A stretch of DNA of 64,000 nucleotides from an uncultured Chloroflexia bacterium (GCA_963797095.1 CAWCNY010000006.1:672001-736000), one strand, 5' to 3'; numbered from the stretch's first letter, positions 18,248-28,043 are shown. The notes: generated by a model from the letters alone, not told the origin. Translations and numbers: made by a program.

Positions 18248-19222
18248 GTGGCTGATGTAACGGCAACTCCTAACCCGCCCCACATTCCGGTACTGCTCAA
18301 CGAAGTGCTGGCAGGGCTGCGAATACAGGATGGTGGGGCCTGCATAGACGGTACGATAGGTGCGGGCGGGCACTCAGAAGCAATCCTAGAGCAGGGCAAA
18401 AGTGTCAGACTGTTAGGGTTGGATGTTGACCCCGCCGCCCTGGAGATCGCGGGGAAACGGCTACAACCTTACATAGACCAGGGGCGCGCCCGGTTGGTGC
18501 GCTCCAACTTTTCCAACCTGGATATTATAGCCGAGCATGAAGGTTTCGCGCCTGCTGCCGGGGTGTTGCTCGACCTGGGGGTATCCTCGATGCAGCTTGA
18601 TAGGCCTGAGCGCGGTTTCTCGTTCAGGACGAGTGGACCGCTCGACATGCGGCTCGACCCATCAGGCCCCGTAACCGCTGCCGACCTGGTGAACAGCCTC
18701 CCGGAGTCGGACCTGGCCGACCTGATCTACAAATACGGCGAGGAACCGGCCTCCCGCCGCATCGCACGACGGGTCGTGGAGGCCCGCCGGAAAGAGTCTA
18801 TAACCACGACAGATCAACTGGAAAGCATAGTGTACGGTGCCATGGGCGGGCGCACACCGGGCCGCACCCGCAGCGCCATTCACCCGGCCACAAAAACGTT
18901 TCAGGCCCTCAGGATAGCGGTCAACCGTGAGCTAGAGGTATTGGAAGAAGGACTGGCAGCGGCAGGGCGAGTGCTGAAACCGGGAGGCCGCCTGGCGGTC
19001 ATATCCTTCCACTCGCTGGAAGACAGGATCGTCAAGCTGTTTATAAGGCAGGAGCAAAAAGGGTGTATATGCCCTCCCGAATACCCAACATGTATGTGCG
19101 GGCGCAAGCCCACCCTCAAAGCGATCAACAACAAACCTATAGAAGCTACCGCCGAGGAAGCGGCACGCAACCCGCGCAGCCGCAGTGCCAAGCTACGGGT
19201 GGCGGAGCGCATCGAAGCATGA
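18248..19222 (+). CDS. rsmH: 16S rRNA m4C1402 methyltransferase
   Basis: HIPVLL.E, D.T.G.GGHS, DLGVSS.QLD...[34 protein letters not shown]. Confidence 0.97.
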   Translation: MADVTATPNPPHIPVLLNEVLAGLRIQDGGACIDGTIGAGGHSEAILEQGKSVRLLGLDVDPAALEIAGKRLQPYIDQGRARLVRSNFSNLDIIAEHEGFAPAAGVLLDLGVSSMQLDRPERGFSFRTSGPLDMRLDPSGPVTAADLVNSLPESDLADLIYKYGEEPASRRIARRVVEARRKESITTTDQLESIVYGAMGGRTPGRTRSAIHPATKTFQALRIAVNRELEVLEEGLAAAGRVLKPGGRLAVISFHSLEDRIVKLFIRQEQKGCICPPEYPTCMCGRKPTLKAINNKPIEATAEEAARNPRSRSAKLRVAERIEA

Positions 19223-19234
19223 TCAGGTAGAGAT

Positions 19235-19759
19235 ATGACCATCAGGCGAGAGAAAAAACGTTCGCAGGCCGCGCCGATCAACCGGCGATCGGGTGCAACA
19301 CGCGCTCGTCGCAGCGGCAACGGCGCGCGCTCTGTGCTGTCCGTGGTCCCGCGCAGCGTTACCGAGGCTACAGGGCAGGCGGCGCGCCGTTCGGTCGACC
19401 GCCTGCGCCCCTCTTTGCCCCGGTGGATAGATCCCCACCCCGGCATCGCCCTTCTCGTCGCTGCCGCCATCATCGCCGCCGTCTGCTTCTTCTATGTATC
19501 GCAGGTAACCAACGTCAGCAACGCCAACTACCGCCTGCAAGACCTCAAGAACCAGTACGCCACCCTCCAGCGCCAGCAGGACGAACTGCGCCTCCAGATC
19601 GCCCAGGCCCAATCCCTCACCACTATAGCCGACAAGGCAGCCCATAAGCTCCAGATGGTGCCCATAGACGACCACTACAGCTACCTGCCCCTGCCCGATG
19701 GTCCCCTTGCCAGCCTTCCACCTCAACCCACGCCTGCACTCCCCACACCGGGGCCGTAG
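19235..19759 (+). CDS. ftsL: cell division protein FtsL-like
   Basis: Basic N-terminus, single TM, leucine-zipper coiled coil; between rsmH and ftsI. Confidence 0.7.
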   Translation: MTIRREKKRSQAAPINRRSGATRARRSGNGARSVLSVVPRSVTEATGQAARRSVDRLRPSLPRWIDPHPGIALLVAAAIIAAVCFFYVSQVTNVSNANYRLQDLKNQYATLQRQQDELRLQIAQAQSLTTIADKAAHKLQMVPIDDHYSYLPLPDGPLASLPPQPTPALPTPGP

Positions 19760-19830
19760 TCGGTAGTCGGAAACTCGTCACTGGTCACTGGTCACTGGTC
19801 ACTGGTCACTCGTCATCATCGTCTTTCGTC
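19756..19830. repeat. composite heptamer arms (CGGTAGT, then TGGTCAC x4, then TTCGTC)
   Basis: gtagtcggtagtcgg ... tcgtcac (tggtcac)x4 tcgtca ... tcgtctttcgtc. Confidence 0.8.
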
Positions 19831-19841
19831 AAGGCAACCCT

Positions 19842-21674
19842 ATGTCCCAGGCAACCCTAACGGGCCACAATCGAGCGAAACAGGCCGCGCGCCCCCAGCG
19901 CGTATCTTCAATACGGCTCTGGATCATGCTGGGCGTGTTCACGGTCTTCGGTCTCTACAATCTCTTTACCGTCTTCAAGCTACAGATCCTTCAATACAAC
20001 GACCTTTCGACGCGCGCCGAAGAGAGGATCAAGCGCAAAGAGACTATCGTACCCAGGCGCGGGCTGATCTACGACACTCGCGGCCAACTGCTGGCGGGCA
20101 ACGCTATCGCCTATGACGTATACGTCGACCTCACCCACCGCCAGGAGGACTCTCAACTCCACGAAATAGCCGATCTGCTAGCTCCGTCTCTCGGCCAGAG
20201 CGCACAGACCATGTTCACCAATTTCCACGACATGCTCGACCAGGGGGTTGACTATGTGAAGGTCGCCAGCCGCGTAGACCCTGCTACCAGGGACAAAGTG
20301 CACGCTCTGGCCGCGCAATATGACGACGTATTGCAACCTGTGGTCAACTTCGAAATACAGTCGTTACGGCAATACCCGAACCCTTCAGCCTACGGGTCGG
20401 GCGGCCTCGCTGCCTCTCTACTCGGCTTCACCGATTATGATAACGTGGGGCACTACGGCGTAGAGGAGTTCTACAACGCCACTCTGGCGGGCGAAGCAGG
20501 CTGGATCGACGCCGAGCGTGACGCCTACGGCAACCCCCTTGTCCTCCAACAACCGGAGATGCAGCCAGCCGTTGACGGCTCGGACGTGGTGCTCACAATC
20601 GACAGCGCCATCCAGTACATGGTGGAGCGCGAGCTAAAATCCTCGATTGACGAGTTTAAGGCCGATTACGGATATGCAGTCGTGCAGGATCCCAGCACGG
20701 GTGCTATCCTGGCGATGGCAAACTACCCGACGTTCGATCCCAATGAATTCAACCAGGTCACCGATTACGGGCTATTCAAGAACCCGGCAGTCACCGACAT
20801 CCGCGAGCCTGGTTCCACGATGAAGATCCTCACCTACTCATCGGCTATTGATGCAGGCGCGATCCTTTCCACCACCAGTATGTACGGCACCGCTTGCGTC
20901 ACCAAGTACGGCCAGAGCCTGTGCAACGCCACACGCACCGAATGGGGCTGGCAGACCATGGAGCAGGGGCTTGCGCGGTCGGATAATGTGGCCGCCATGT
21001 TCGCCGCCGAACAACTTGGCCCGGACAAGTATTACCCCTACATCAAGAAGTTCGGCATCGGCACTCGCACCGGCATCGACCTGGCGGGCGAAGTGGCGGG
21101 CCTAGTTAGCTGGCCCGACTCGGACGGCTACAGCCCTGTCGACTTCTACACAACCTCCTTCGGCCAGAGTGCAGCCGTCACGCCTATCCAACTGGTAAAT
21201 GCCGTGTCTGCCGTCGCCAATGGCGGCACGCTTCTCAAGCCGTATGTGATGAAAGAAATCCGCAAAGACAACGAGGTAGTTGCCACGGGCCAGCGCGAGG
21301 AGGTCAGGCGCGTGATCCAGCCCGGCGCCGCGCAAGATATTGCGAACATGCTCGCCTACGGCGTCGAGAATGGCGGCGTGGCCCGCCTGGCCGCCGTGCC
21401 CGGCTACCATGTTTCGGTCAAGACCGGCACTGCCAACGTGCTTAACGATAACGGCATCGGCTACAACGACAGCGTAACGTTTGCCTCCGCTATGGGCTTC
21501 GGTCCCTCGCAAAACCCGCGCTTCACCCTCTACATCGGCCTGATGAACCCACGCACCAGCCAGTGGGGTGAGAACACTGCCTCCGTATCGTGGGGTCGCC
21601 TGGCACAACAGATTCTCCTTTACATGAACGTCCAGCCCACCGGACCGCTCCCCACAGCGACGCCTGCTCCGTAG
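19842..21674 (+). CDS. ftsI: septal class B penicillin-binding protein FtsI
   Basis: RRG.IYD..G, EPGSTMK, SDN, KTGTA. Confidence 0.93.
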   Translation: MSQATLTGHNRAKQAARPQRVSSIRLWIMLGVFTVFGLYNLFTVFKLQILQYNDLSTRAEERIKRKETIVPRRGLIYDTRGQLLAGNAIAYDVYVDLTHRQEDSQLHEIADLLAPSLGQSAQTMFTNFHDMLDQGVDYVKVASRVDPATRDKVHALAAQYDDVLQPVVNFEIQSLRQYPNPSAYGSGGLAASLLGFTDYDNVGHYGVEEFYNATLAGEAGWIDAERDAYGNPLVLQQPEMQPAVDGSDVVLTIDSAIQYMVERELKSSIDEFKADYGYAVVQDPSTGAILAMANYPTFDPNEFNQVTDYGLFKNPAVTDIREPGSTMKILTYSSAIDAGAILSTTSMYGTACVTKYGQSLCNATRTEWGWQTMEQGLARSDNVAAMFAAEQLGPDKYYPYIKKFGIGTRTGIDLAGEVAGLVSWPDSDGYSPVDFYTTSFGQSAAVTPIQLVNAVSAVANGGTLLKPYVMKEIRKDNEVVATGQREEVRRVIQPGAAQDIANMLAYGVENGGVARLAAVPGYHVSVKTGTANVLNDNGIGYNDSVTFASAMGFGPSQNPRFTLYIGLMNPRTSQWGENTASVSWGRLAQQILLYMNVQPTGPLPTATPAP

Positions 21675-21676
21675 AG

Positions 21677-21837
21677 CGTGAAACGTGAAACGTAATACGT
21701 GAATGGCTCCGATACCTCCCTTGATAGCGTTGCCAGTTTACCCCTGATCCGTTATGCTTTTATGTGGCCCGCAAATAAGGGCTAATCAAGAATCACATCC
21801 AACTCGCTACTCGTCGCTCGTCGCTCGTCACTCGCCA
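21677..21837. repeat. mismatched heptamer arms (CGTGAAA, then CTCGTCN)
   Basis: cgtgaaa cgtgaaa cgtaata cgtgaa ... ctcgcta ctcgtcg ctcgtcg ctcgtca ctcgcca. Confidence 0.75.
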
Positions 21838-21843
21838 TCACCA

Positions 21844-23238
21844 ATGTTCACCCTAGAAGATATCCTGCAAGGCACAGGCGGCCACCTGGATGCGCCGGGC
21901 GGCGCGCTTGCCATGACCGGCCTCGGCTTCACTGGAGTCGCAATCGACTCGCGGGCGGACCTGCGCGGCGCTCTCTTTATCGCGTTGCAGGGTGAGCATG
22001 TTGATGGGCATGAGTTCGTCTTGGACGCGGTGGGGCATGGGGCGCGTGGCGCGTTGGTGCGCCGCGACTGGCATGCCCCTTCCGCTCTACCCGCCGGTGT
22101 AGCTCTTGTGCGCGTGGACGACCCCCTCACCGCCTTGCAGAGCCTGGCCCGCTGGTGGCGCAGCCGCAATGCCACCCAGGTGATAGCCATCACCGGCAGC
22201 ATCGGCAAAACCTCTACCAAAGAGGTGATCGCCTCCGTCCTTTCGCGCCGTTACAACACCCTCAAGTCGCAGGGCAACCTCAACAACGAGATCGGCCTCC
22301 CGCTCACCCTCCTTCGCCTCCAACCCACCCACGAAAAGGCCGTGCTGGAGATGGGCGCGGGCTACGCCATGGGCGAGCTTACCCTCCTGTGCGAGATCGC
22401 CCGTCCCCAGATCGCGGTGGTAACTATCGTGGCACCCGTGCACCTTGAGCGCATGGGCACTCTAGAAAACATCGCCCTCAACAAGAGCGAGCTTGTGCGC
22501 GCCCTCCCCGCCGATGGCACAGCCGTGCTCAACGGCGACGACGAGCGGGTACGCGCCATGCGTGAAGTAACCTCCGCGAAGGTGATCCTCTACGGTCTGG
22601 ACGAAGGCAACGACCTTCGCGCAACCGACATAATGAGCCACGGCCTGCAAGGCGTTCACTTCACCCTTACGGTCTCCGGTGGCAACTCATGGCGCGTGCG
22701 CCTTCCTCTGCTGGGACGCCACAGCGTGCACACCGCCCTGGCTGCTGCGGGCGCTGCCCATGCTGCCGGTATGGAGTGGGGTGACATAGTTGCCGCCCTC
22801 CAGGGCCTCGATGCCCAGGTGCGCCTGCTGGTGGTGGCCGGGTGGAACGGCTCGACGCTCATTGACGACACCTACAATGCCGCCCCCGAAAGCACTCTGG
22901 CGGCCCTCAATCTTCTGGACGAAATGAAGGGCAACAAGATCGCCGTGCTCGGTGATATGTTGGAGCTTGGCTCCTACACCCAGGAAGGCCACCTGAAAGT
23001 CGCCCGGCGTGCTACCGTGGTAGCGGGCAGGCTAATAGTTGTCGGTACGCTGGGCAAGCTGATCGGCGAGGAGGCTCTGAGAGTCGGCATGCCTCCGCAC
23101 CAGGTCTTCTTTGCCGCCGACAACGCCCAGGTAGTCGAGTATCTCAAGCGCGCTCTCAAGCCAGGCGATTACGTGCTTGTCAAAGGCTCGCGGGGGCTAC
23201 ACATGGAAGAAATAATCTATGGTCTGAAGGCTGAGTGA
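21844..23238 (+). CDS. murF: UDP-MurNAc-tripeptide D-Ala-D-Ala ligase
   Basis: IDSR, DGH.F, TGS.GKT.TKE, N.NNEIG.PLT, DD.YNA.P.S, GDMLELG, LVKGSRG; ATG 21844. Confidence 0.95.
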   Translation: MFTLEDILQGTGGHLDAPGGALAMTGLGFTGVAIDSRADLRGALFIALQGEHVDGHEFVLDAVGHGARGALVRRDWHAPSALPAGVALVRVDDPLTALQSLARWWRSRNATQVIAITGSIGKTSTKEVIASVLSRRYNTLKSQGNLNNEIGLPLTLLRLQPTHEKAVLEMGAGYAMGELTLLCEIARPQIAVVTIVAPVHLERMGTLENIALNKSELVRALPADGTAVLNGDDERVRAMREVTSAKVILYGLDEGNDLRATDIMSHGLQGVHFTLTVSGGNSWRVRLPLLGRHSVHTALAAAGAAHAAGMEWGDIVAALQGLDAQVRLLVVAGWNGSTLIDDTYNAAPESTLAALNLLDEMKGNKIAVLGDMLELGSYTQEGHLKVARRATVVAGRLIVVGTLGKLIGEEALRVGMPPHQVFFAADNAQVVEYLKRALKPGDYVLVKGSRGLHMEEIIYGLKAE

Positions 23239-23242
23239 CCCA

Positions 23243-24466
23243 TTGAATCACTATTTCTCCCTGCTGACAATTGCGAACAACACCTTTTCTATAGTCCATT
23301 CGTTGGGCTTTGCCGCCGCCCCTGATCCCGCGCCCGCCGGGCATTGGCTTGATCTATTATCGAATATCACCGCCCAGACGTTGCCAACGCCCACAGTAGG
23401 TATCGCACCAGCCGACCCCATAACCTCTACCGGCACTATCAACGCGGTGGCCTCTGTGACAGGTGTCAAGAAAGAGATACCCCCTCTTCAGCCGATCAAA
23501 ATGGTGCGCGGCCTCACCCTTGGCGCTGTGGCTTTTCTGCTGGGTGTAACCGTTGGCAGGCCGGTGATCAACTGGCTCCGCGACAGGGGCATAGGCAAGC
23601 ACATCAGGATCGAAGGCCCCGCCAGCCACCAGGTGAAGACAGGCACCCCCACCATGGGAGGTATGATCTTCCTGATCCCCCTTGTGATCGTGATCGCCGT
23701 CTTCATGGATATTCTCTCCTTCAACTCGTTACTCCTCCCGCTCGGCATCGTGGTGTCGTGCGGTATACTCGGCGCGATAGACGACCTCATGAGCACCGTA
23801 GGGCGCAACAGGGGCGGTATGAAGGCGCGCTTCAAGATGGCCTGGTTGGTGGCGATAAGCACCATCGCAGCGTGCATCCTCTACTTCCTGCTCGGCCACG
23901 ACACGATCCTGCTGCCTTTCCTGACCCCGCCGCCCATACCCATCGGCCTCTTTTATATTCCTATCGCGGTATTCCTGATAGCGGGCACAGCCAATGCAGT
24001 GAACTTCACCGATGGCCTCAACTCGCTGGCGGGAGGCACCACCGCTATCGCGTTCGTGTCCTACGGCATCATCGCCTACCTGCAAAAGCAGGAACCCATC
24101 GTTTACCTCTGCTTTGCCGCCGTGGGCGCGCTGCTGGCCTTCCTCTGGTTCAACGCCCACCCCGCGATGGTCATCATGGGCGATGCAGGCGCCCTCACCC
24201 TGGGTGCGCTGCTGGCGATCTGCGCCCTCATGACCGACCAATGGCTCCTTCTCCCCCTGATCGGCATAGTGTTCGTCGCCGAGACCCTCGCAGTAATTCT
24301 GCAAGTGCTCTACTTCAAGCTGACCGGTGGCAAGCGCCTCTTCAGGATGGCCCCTCTCCATCACCACTTCGAGATGCTCGGCTGGTCTGAAACGCAGGTC
24401 ACCATGCGCTTCTGGATGTTAAGCATGGTGGCCGGGATGCTTGGTGTAGCGCTTGCACTTGTTTGA
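23243..24466 (+). CDS. mraY: phospho-MurNAc-pentapeptide transferase, copy 1
   Basis: KTGTPTMGG, IDD, NAVNFTDGLNS, VIMGD.G, MAPLHHHFE; start uncertain. Confidence 0.92.
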   Translation: MNHYFSLLTIANNTFSIVHSLGFAAAPDPAPAGHWLDLLSNITAQTLPTPTVGIAPADPITSTGTINAVASVTGVKKEIPPLQPIKMVRGLTLGAVAFLLGVTVGRPVINWLRDRGIGKHIRIEGPASHQVKTGTPTMGGMIFLIPLVIVIAVFMDILSFNSLLLPLGIVVSCGILGAIDDLMSTVGRNRGGMKARFKMAWLVAISTIAACILYFLLGHDTILLPFLTPPPIPIGLFYIPIAVFLIAGTANAVNFTDGLNSLAGGTTAIAFVSYGIIAYLQKQEPIVYLCFAAVGALLAFLWFNAHPAMVIMGDAGALTLGALLAICALMTDQWLLLPLIGIVFVAETLAVILQVLYFKLTGGKRLFRMAPLHHHFEMLGWSETQVTMRFWMLSMVAGMLGVALALV

Positions 24467-24497
24467 TCCGAATTCTCAAGAAGGCTAAGTTCCTCCA

Positions 24498-25640
24498 TTG
24501 AGCACTTTCCTTGAATTGGCGAATATCGCTGCTAACTTATGTGTGCTCCCTCATGCACACGGGTCGTTGCCGGATCTTGTGGGGGGCGTAAGCGCACAGC
24601 GCGTGATGACACCCACTGTTGTTACTACGGGCACCGGAGGGGCGAGCATCGCAGCAAGCTTACCCCCGATTACAATGGTGCGCGGGTTGACGCTGGCGGC
24701 CGTGGCGTTCTTGTTGGGAGTGCTTGTGGGCAAGCCGGCGATCAATTGGCTGCGCGACCGGGGCATCGGCAAGCATATCAGGATCGAGGGTCCGGCAAGT
24801 CACCAGGTGAAGACGGGCACGCCGACGATGGGGGGCATGATATTCCTGATACCACTTGTGATTGTTATCGCCGTGTTCATGGATTTGCTGACCTTTAAGT
24901 CGCTCTTGCTGCCGCTGGGGATCGTGGTGTCGTGCGGGATACTGGGTGGAGTAGACGACCTGATGAGCATTGCGGGGCGTAACAGGGGCGGGATGAAGGC
25001 ACGCTTCAAAATGGCGTGGCTGCTCGTGATCAGTACTATCGCGGCATGCATACTTTATTTCTTGCTGGAGTATGATGAGTTGAACCTGCCTTTCCTGACC
25101 CCGCCACCAATACATATCGGATTGCTGTTCATTCCCATTGCGATATTCCTTATTTCGGGCATGGCGAACGCGGTCAATTTTACTGATGGGCTGGACTCAC
25201 TGGCGGGCGGGACTACGGCTATCGCTTTTGTGTCATATGGGATTATCGCGTATCTGCAAAAGCAAGAGCCGGTGGTGTATCTGTGTTTCGCTGTGGTGGG
25301 GTCGCTGCTCGGGTTCTTGTGGTTCAATTCGCACCCGGCGATGGTGTTTATGGGGGACGCAGGGGCGCTTACGCTTGGGGCTTTGCTGGCTGTGTGCGCG
25401 CTGATGACGAACCAATGGCTCCTTCTTCCCCTGATCGGCATAATCTTCGTCGCCGAGACCCTCGCCGTAATTCTGCAAGTGCTCTACTTCAAATTGACGG
25501 GTGGCAAACGTCTGTTGAAGATGTCGCCGCTGCACAACCATTTCGTGGAACTGGGCTGGTCTGAAACGCAAATAACCATGCGCTTCTGGATGGTAAGCAT
25601 GGTAGCGGGCATGCTAGGCGTCGCCCTCGCCCTCGTATGA
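24498..25640 (+). CDS. mraY: phospho-MurNAc-pentapeptide transferase, copy 2
   Basis: KTGTPTMGG, VDD, NAVNFTDGLDS, VFMGD.G, MSPLHNHF; close paralog of copy 1; start uncertain. Confidence 0.92.
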   Translation: MSTFLELANIAANLCVLPHAHGSLPDLVGGVSAQRVMTPTVVTTGTGGASIAASLPPITMVRGLTLAAVAFLLGVLVGKPAINWLRDRGIGKHIRIEGPASHQVKTGTPTMGGMIFLIPLVIVIAVFMDLLTFKSLLLPLGIVVSCGILGGVDDLMSIAGRNRGGMKARFKMAWLLVISTIAACILYFLLEYDELNLPFLTPPPIHIGLLFIPIAIFLISGMANAVNFTDGLDSLAGGTTAIAFVSYGIIAYLQKQEPVVYLCFAVVGSLLGFLWFNSHPAMVFMGDAGALTLGALLAVCALMTNQWLLLPLIGIIFVAETLAVILQVLYFKLTGGKRLLKMSPLHNHFVELGWSETQITMRFWMVSMVAGMLGVALALV

Positions 25641-25671
25641 TTTTGGATTTTAGATCTCCGATTTTGGATTT
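25640..25671 (+). repeat. left heptamer arm (TTTTGGA) of four-helix-bundle cassette
   Basis: ttttgga ttttaga tctccga ttttgga ttt begins at the mraY2 stop and ends at the RBS. Confidence 0.8.
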
Positions 25672-25681
25672 GAGGTAATTG

Positions 25682-26041
25682 GTGAACGAGAAAGAATTCA
25701 AAATCTGTACTAAACGTTTTGCTATTGAGGCAATTCGTTGCGTGCAAGACCTGCCGAGAGACGAAACTGCTGACATAATTGGTAGACAATTATTGCGGTG
25801 TGCTACGTCTGTGGGAGCAAACTATCGAGCTGCATGCCGGGCGAAATCTACACCGGGTATGGTTGCGAAACTTGCGATTGTTGAAGAAGAAGCAGACGAG
25901 AGCTTATATTGGTTGGAATTGTTGGTGGAAGCCGACATTGTTCCTGCTACAAAGCTAACTGACATCATGGCTGAAGCTAATGAGATTACAGCCATGGTTG
26001 TAGCATCAATCAGAACCTTGCGTACCCAAAAGAGCAGGTAA
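25682..26041 (+). CDS. four-helix bundle protein (23S rRNA IVP / TIGR02436-like)
   Basis: TK.FA, I.RQLLR.ATSVGANYRAA.RA.S, KL.IVEEEADE..YWLELL, EA.E; lower GC than neighbours; GAGGT RBS. Confidence 0.9.
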   Translation: MNEKEFKICTKRFAIEAIRCVQDLPRDETADIIGRQLLRCATSVGANYRAACRAKSTPGMVAKLAIVEEEADESLYWLELLVEADIVPATKLTDIMAEANEITAMVVASIRTLRTQKSR

Positions 26042-26077
26042 TATCCTCCAGCCAATCTCGACTTTACGCGCAAGACG

Positions 26078-27523
26078 ATGGACAGAGAAGAAAGATCCAA
26101 AATCCAAAATCCAAAATCCAAAGTCGACGAGTTCCGCAATCAAAGTGTCCTTGTCATGGGACTTGGCGTGCACGGTGGTGGCCTCGGCGTTGTGCGCTGG
26201 ATGGCTGGGCAAGGCGCTAATGTCCGCGTTACCGATCTTCGGACTGAAGATAAGCTCCAGAGTTCCATCGCTGCAATAGAAGCCGAAGGCATCCCCGTCA
26301 CCTACACGCTCGGAGAGCACCGCGAAGAAGACTTCCGTTGGGCCGATATCGTAGTGCGCAACCAGGCCGTTCCGCCAACCTCTCCCTGGCTCACCTTTGC
26401 CCGCAGTCTCGGCAAGCCCATCGAGATGGAGATGACCATCTTCCTCAGGCTATGCCCTGGCCCTGTCGTGGCCGTCACCGGTACCAAAGGCAAATCGACC
26501 ACCGCCACCTGGACCTGGGAGATGCTACGCCACTGGCGTCCTGATGCCCTCCTCGCAGGCAACCTCCGCGTCTCCGCTCTCGAAGCCCTTCAGCGCATCA
26601 CACTCGACACCCCCGTGGTGCTTGAGCTATCCAGCTTCCAGCTAGAGGCGTTCGAGCGCCCCGATGTATCTGTCCACATAGCCGGGATCACCAATCTCTC
26701 ACCCGACCACCTGGATCGCTACAAAACCATGCAAGAGTACGGCGAGGCCAAGAAGATGATCTTCCGCAACCAGCGCTTCGAACAGAGTGATTGGACCGTC
26801 TTCAATGCCGATCACCCTATCGTATCCGGCTGGGCTGCCGAAGCCCCCGCAGGCGTTGCCTGGTTTGGCCTCGACGCAACGCCACGCTCTCCCGGCGTTT
26901 TTCTCGAAGGCGTTGATCTCGTCTGGTATCCACCCGCAGGCGAAAAGCTCTCCCTCGGCAGCAGCGATCTTGTAAAGGTTCCCGGCAAGCACAATTTAGC
27001 CAACGCCGCCTGCGCCGCCGCCATGTCTCTCCTCGCGGGCGCGCCCCTCGACGCTGTGCGTGCCGGCCTCTCCTCCTTCACCGGAGTGGCCGACCGCATG
27101 GAATACCTGGCAACCCTGGAAGGTGTGCGCTTCATCAACGACACAACCTCCACCACCCCCGCCTCCACCGATGCAGCCTTACACTCAGTAGGGGGCGACC
27201 TGATACTGATCGCCGGAGGCGCAGACAAGGGCCTAGATTTCGCCGCGCTCGCGCCCATAGTCGCGGCCCGCACACAGGGCGTGGTACTCCTCGAAGGCAC
27301 CGCCACCGACCTCATGGAGCGCCAGTTCCAGGGGGCTGGAGTGCGCATCCTGGGCCGCTACGACGACTTCGGCACCGCAGTAAATGCCGCCTGGCGCGCT
27401 ACCCCCACCGGCGGCACGGTCCTCCTCTCCCCCGCCACAGCCTCCTTCGGCATGTTCCGCAACGAATTCGACCGGGGCGAGCAATTCAAAGCCATAGTAG
27501 CCCAGTTAGCCACCCCCTCCTGA
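26078..27523 (+). CDS. murD: UDP-MurNAc-L-Ala D-glutamate ligase
   Basis: GLG..G.G, TGTKGKSTT, GN, LELSSFQLE, N.SPDHLDRY, ND..ST, IAGG.DK, LLSP..ASF..F. Confidence 0.95.
   Translation: MDREERSKIQNPKSKVDEFRNQSVLVMGLGVHGGGLGVVRWMAGQGANVRVTDLRTEDKLQSSIAAIEAEGIPVTYTLGEHREEDFRWADIVVRNQAVPPTSPWLTFARSLGKPIEMEMTIFLRLCPGPVVAVTGTKGKSTTATWTWEMLRHWRPDALLAGNLRVSALEALQRITLDTPVVLELSSFQLEAFERPDVSVHIAGITNLSPDHLDRYKTMQEYGEAKKMIFRNQRFEQSDWTVFNADHPIVSGWAAEAPAGVAWFGLDATPRSPGVFLEGVDLVWYPPAGEKLSLGSSDLVKVPGKHNLANAACAAAMSLLAGAPLDAVRAGLSSFTGVADRMEYLATLEGVRFINDTTSTTPASTDAALHSVGGDLILIAGGADKGLDFAALAPIVAARTQGVVLLEGTATDLMERQFQGAGVRILGRYDDFGTAVNAAWRATPTGGTVLLSPATASFGMFRNEFDRGEQFKAIVAQLATPS
26095..26122 (+). repeat. right heptamer arm (TCCAAAA) of four-helix-bundle cassette, within the murD 5' end
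   Basis: atccaaa atccaaa atccaaa atccaaa; reverse complement of the 25640 arm. Confidence 0.85.
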
Positions 27524-27542
27524 TGCAACACAAACAAAAATC

Positions 27543-27566
27543 GTAGGGGCGAGGCATGCCTCGCCC
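27543..27566 (+). repeat. GTAG-type REP palindrome
   Basis: gtag gggcgaggca tgcctcgccc. Confidence 0.7.
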
Positions 27567-27617
27567 AAGCCCCAACGCGAAAGAAAGCGCCATGCAATGG
27601 TACACCTGTCAGGTGCG

Positions 27618-27865
27618 CTGCCCCATTACCCCCAAAGCAAGTAGTCCCGTAGGGACGGTAGAGAGTAGCCCAGGGCTTACGCCCTATGGTAAGCACAACA
27701 CCCTATAATAGTCCCTTCGGGACGTGGCTTGGGTGGCAATCCATCCACAGGGCGTGCTCCTGCATTCCGCACTCCAAACCTCGAAGTTCGAACTTCGAAC
27801 TATAAAAACCACCCGAAAGTACACCTCAAAGCCTGTCCAGATTGAGCTCACCTTTGCCATTTAGT
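27618..27865. repeat. mosaic of REP-like element, heptamer arms and IS-end-like sequence
   Basis: gtcccgtagggac and gtcccttcgggac palindromes, cattccgcactcc, cgaagtt cgaactt cgaact, and the inverted copy of 17226-17286. Confidence 0.65.
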
Positions 27866-28043
27866 ATATGAAGGCAGGAATATACCTGACGGAAAACAGG
27901 CTCTCGAATCTTCGCAACAAACGGAATCCGCCAGACGTCCCCAGCAGAACACATCAAACGTGCGGCACGTGTGGAAAACTCCACTCGACACTATCCGATG
28001 GCCTAAACTGAATAGTCCAGGGACCATTCACAGAACGACCCAC

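Noticed and set aside
25682-26041. Diversity-generating retroelement (Avd-like gene, duplicated mraY as TR/VR)
   Set aside because: No reverse transcriptase in the window, and mraY differences are mostly synonymous third-position changes, not adenine-specific.
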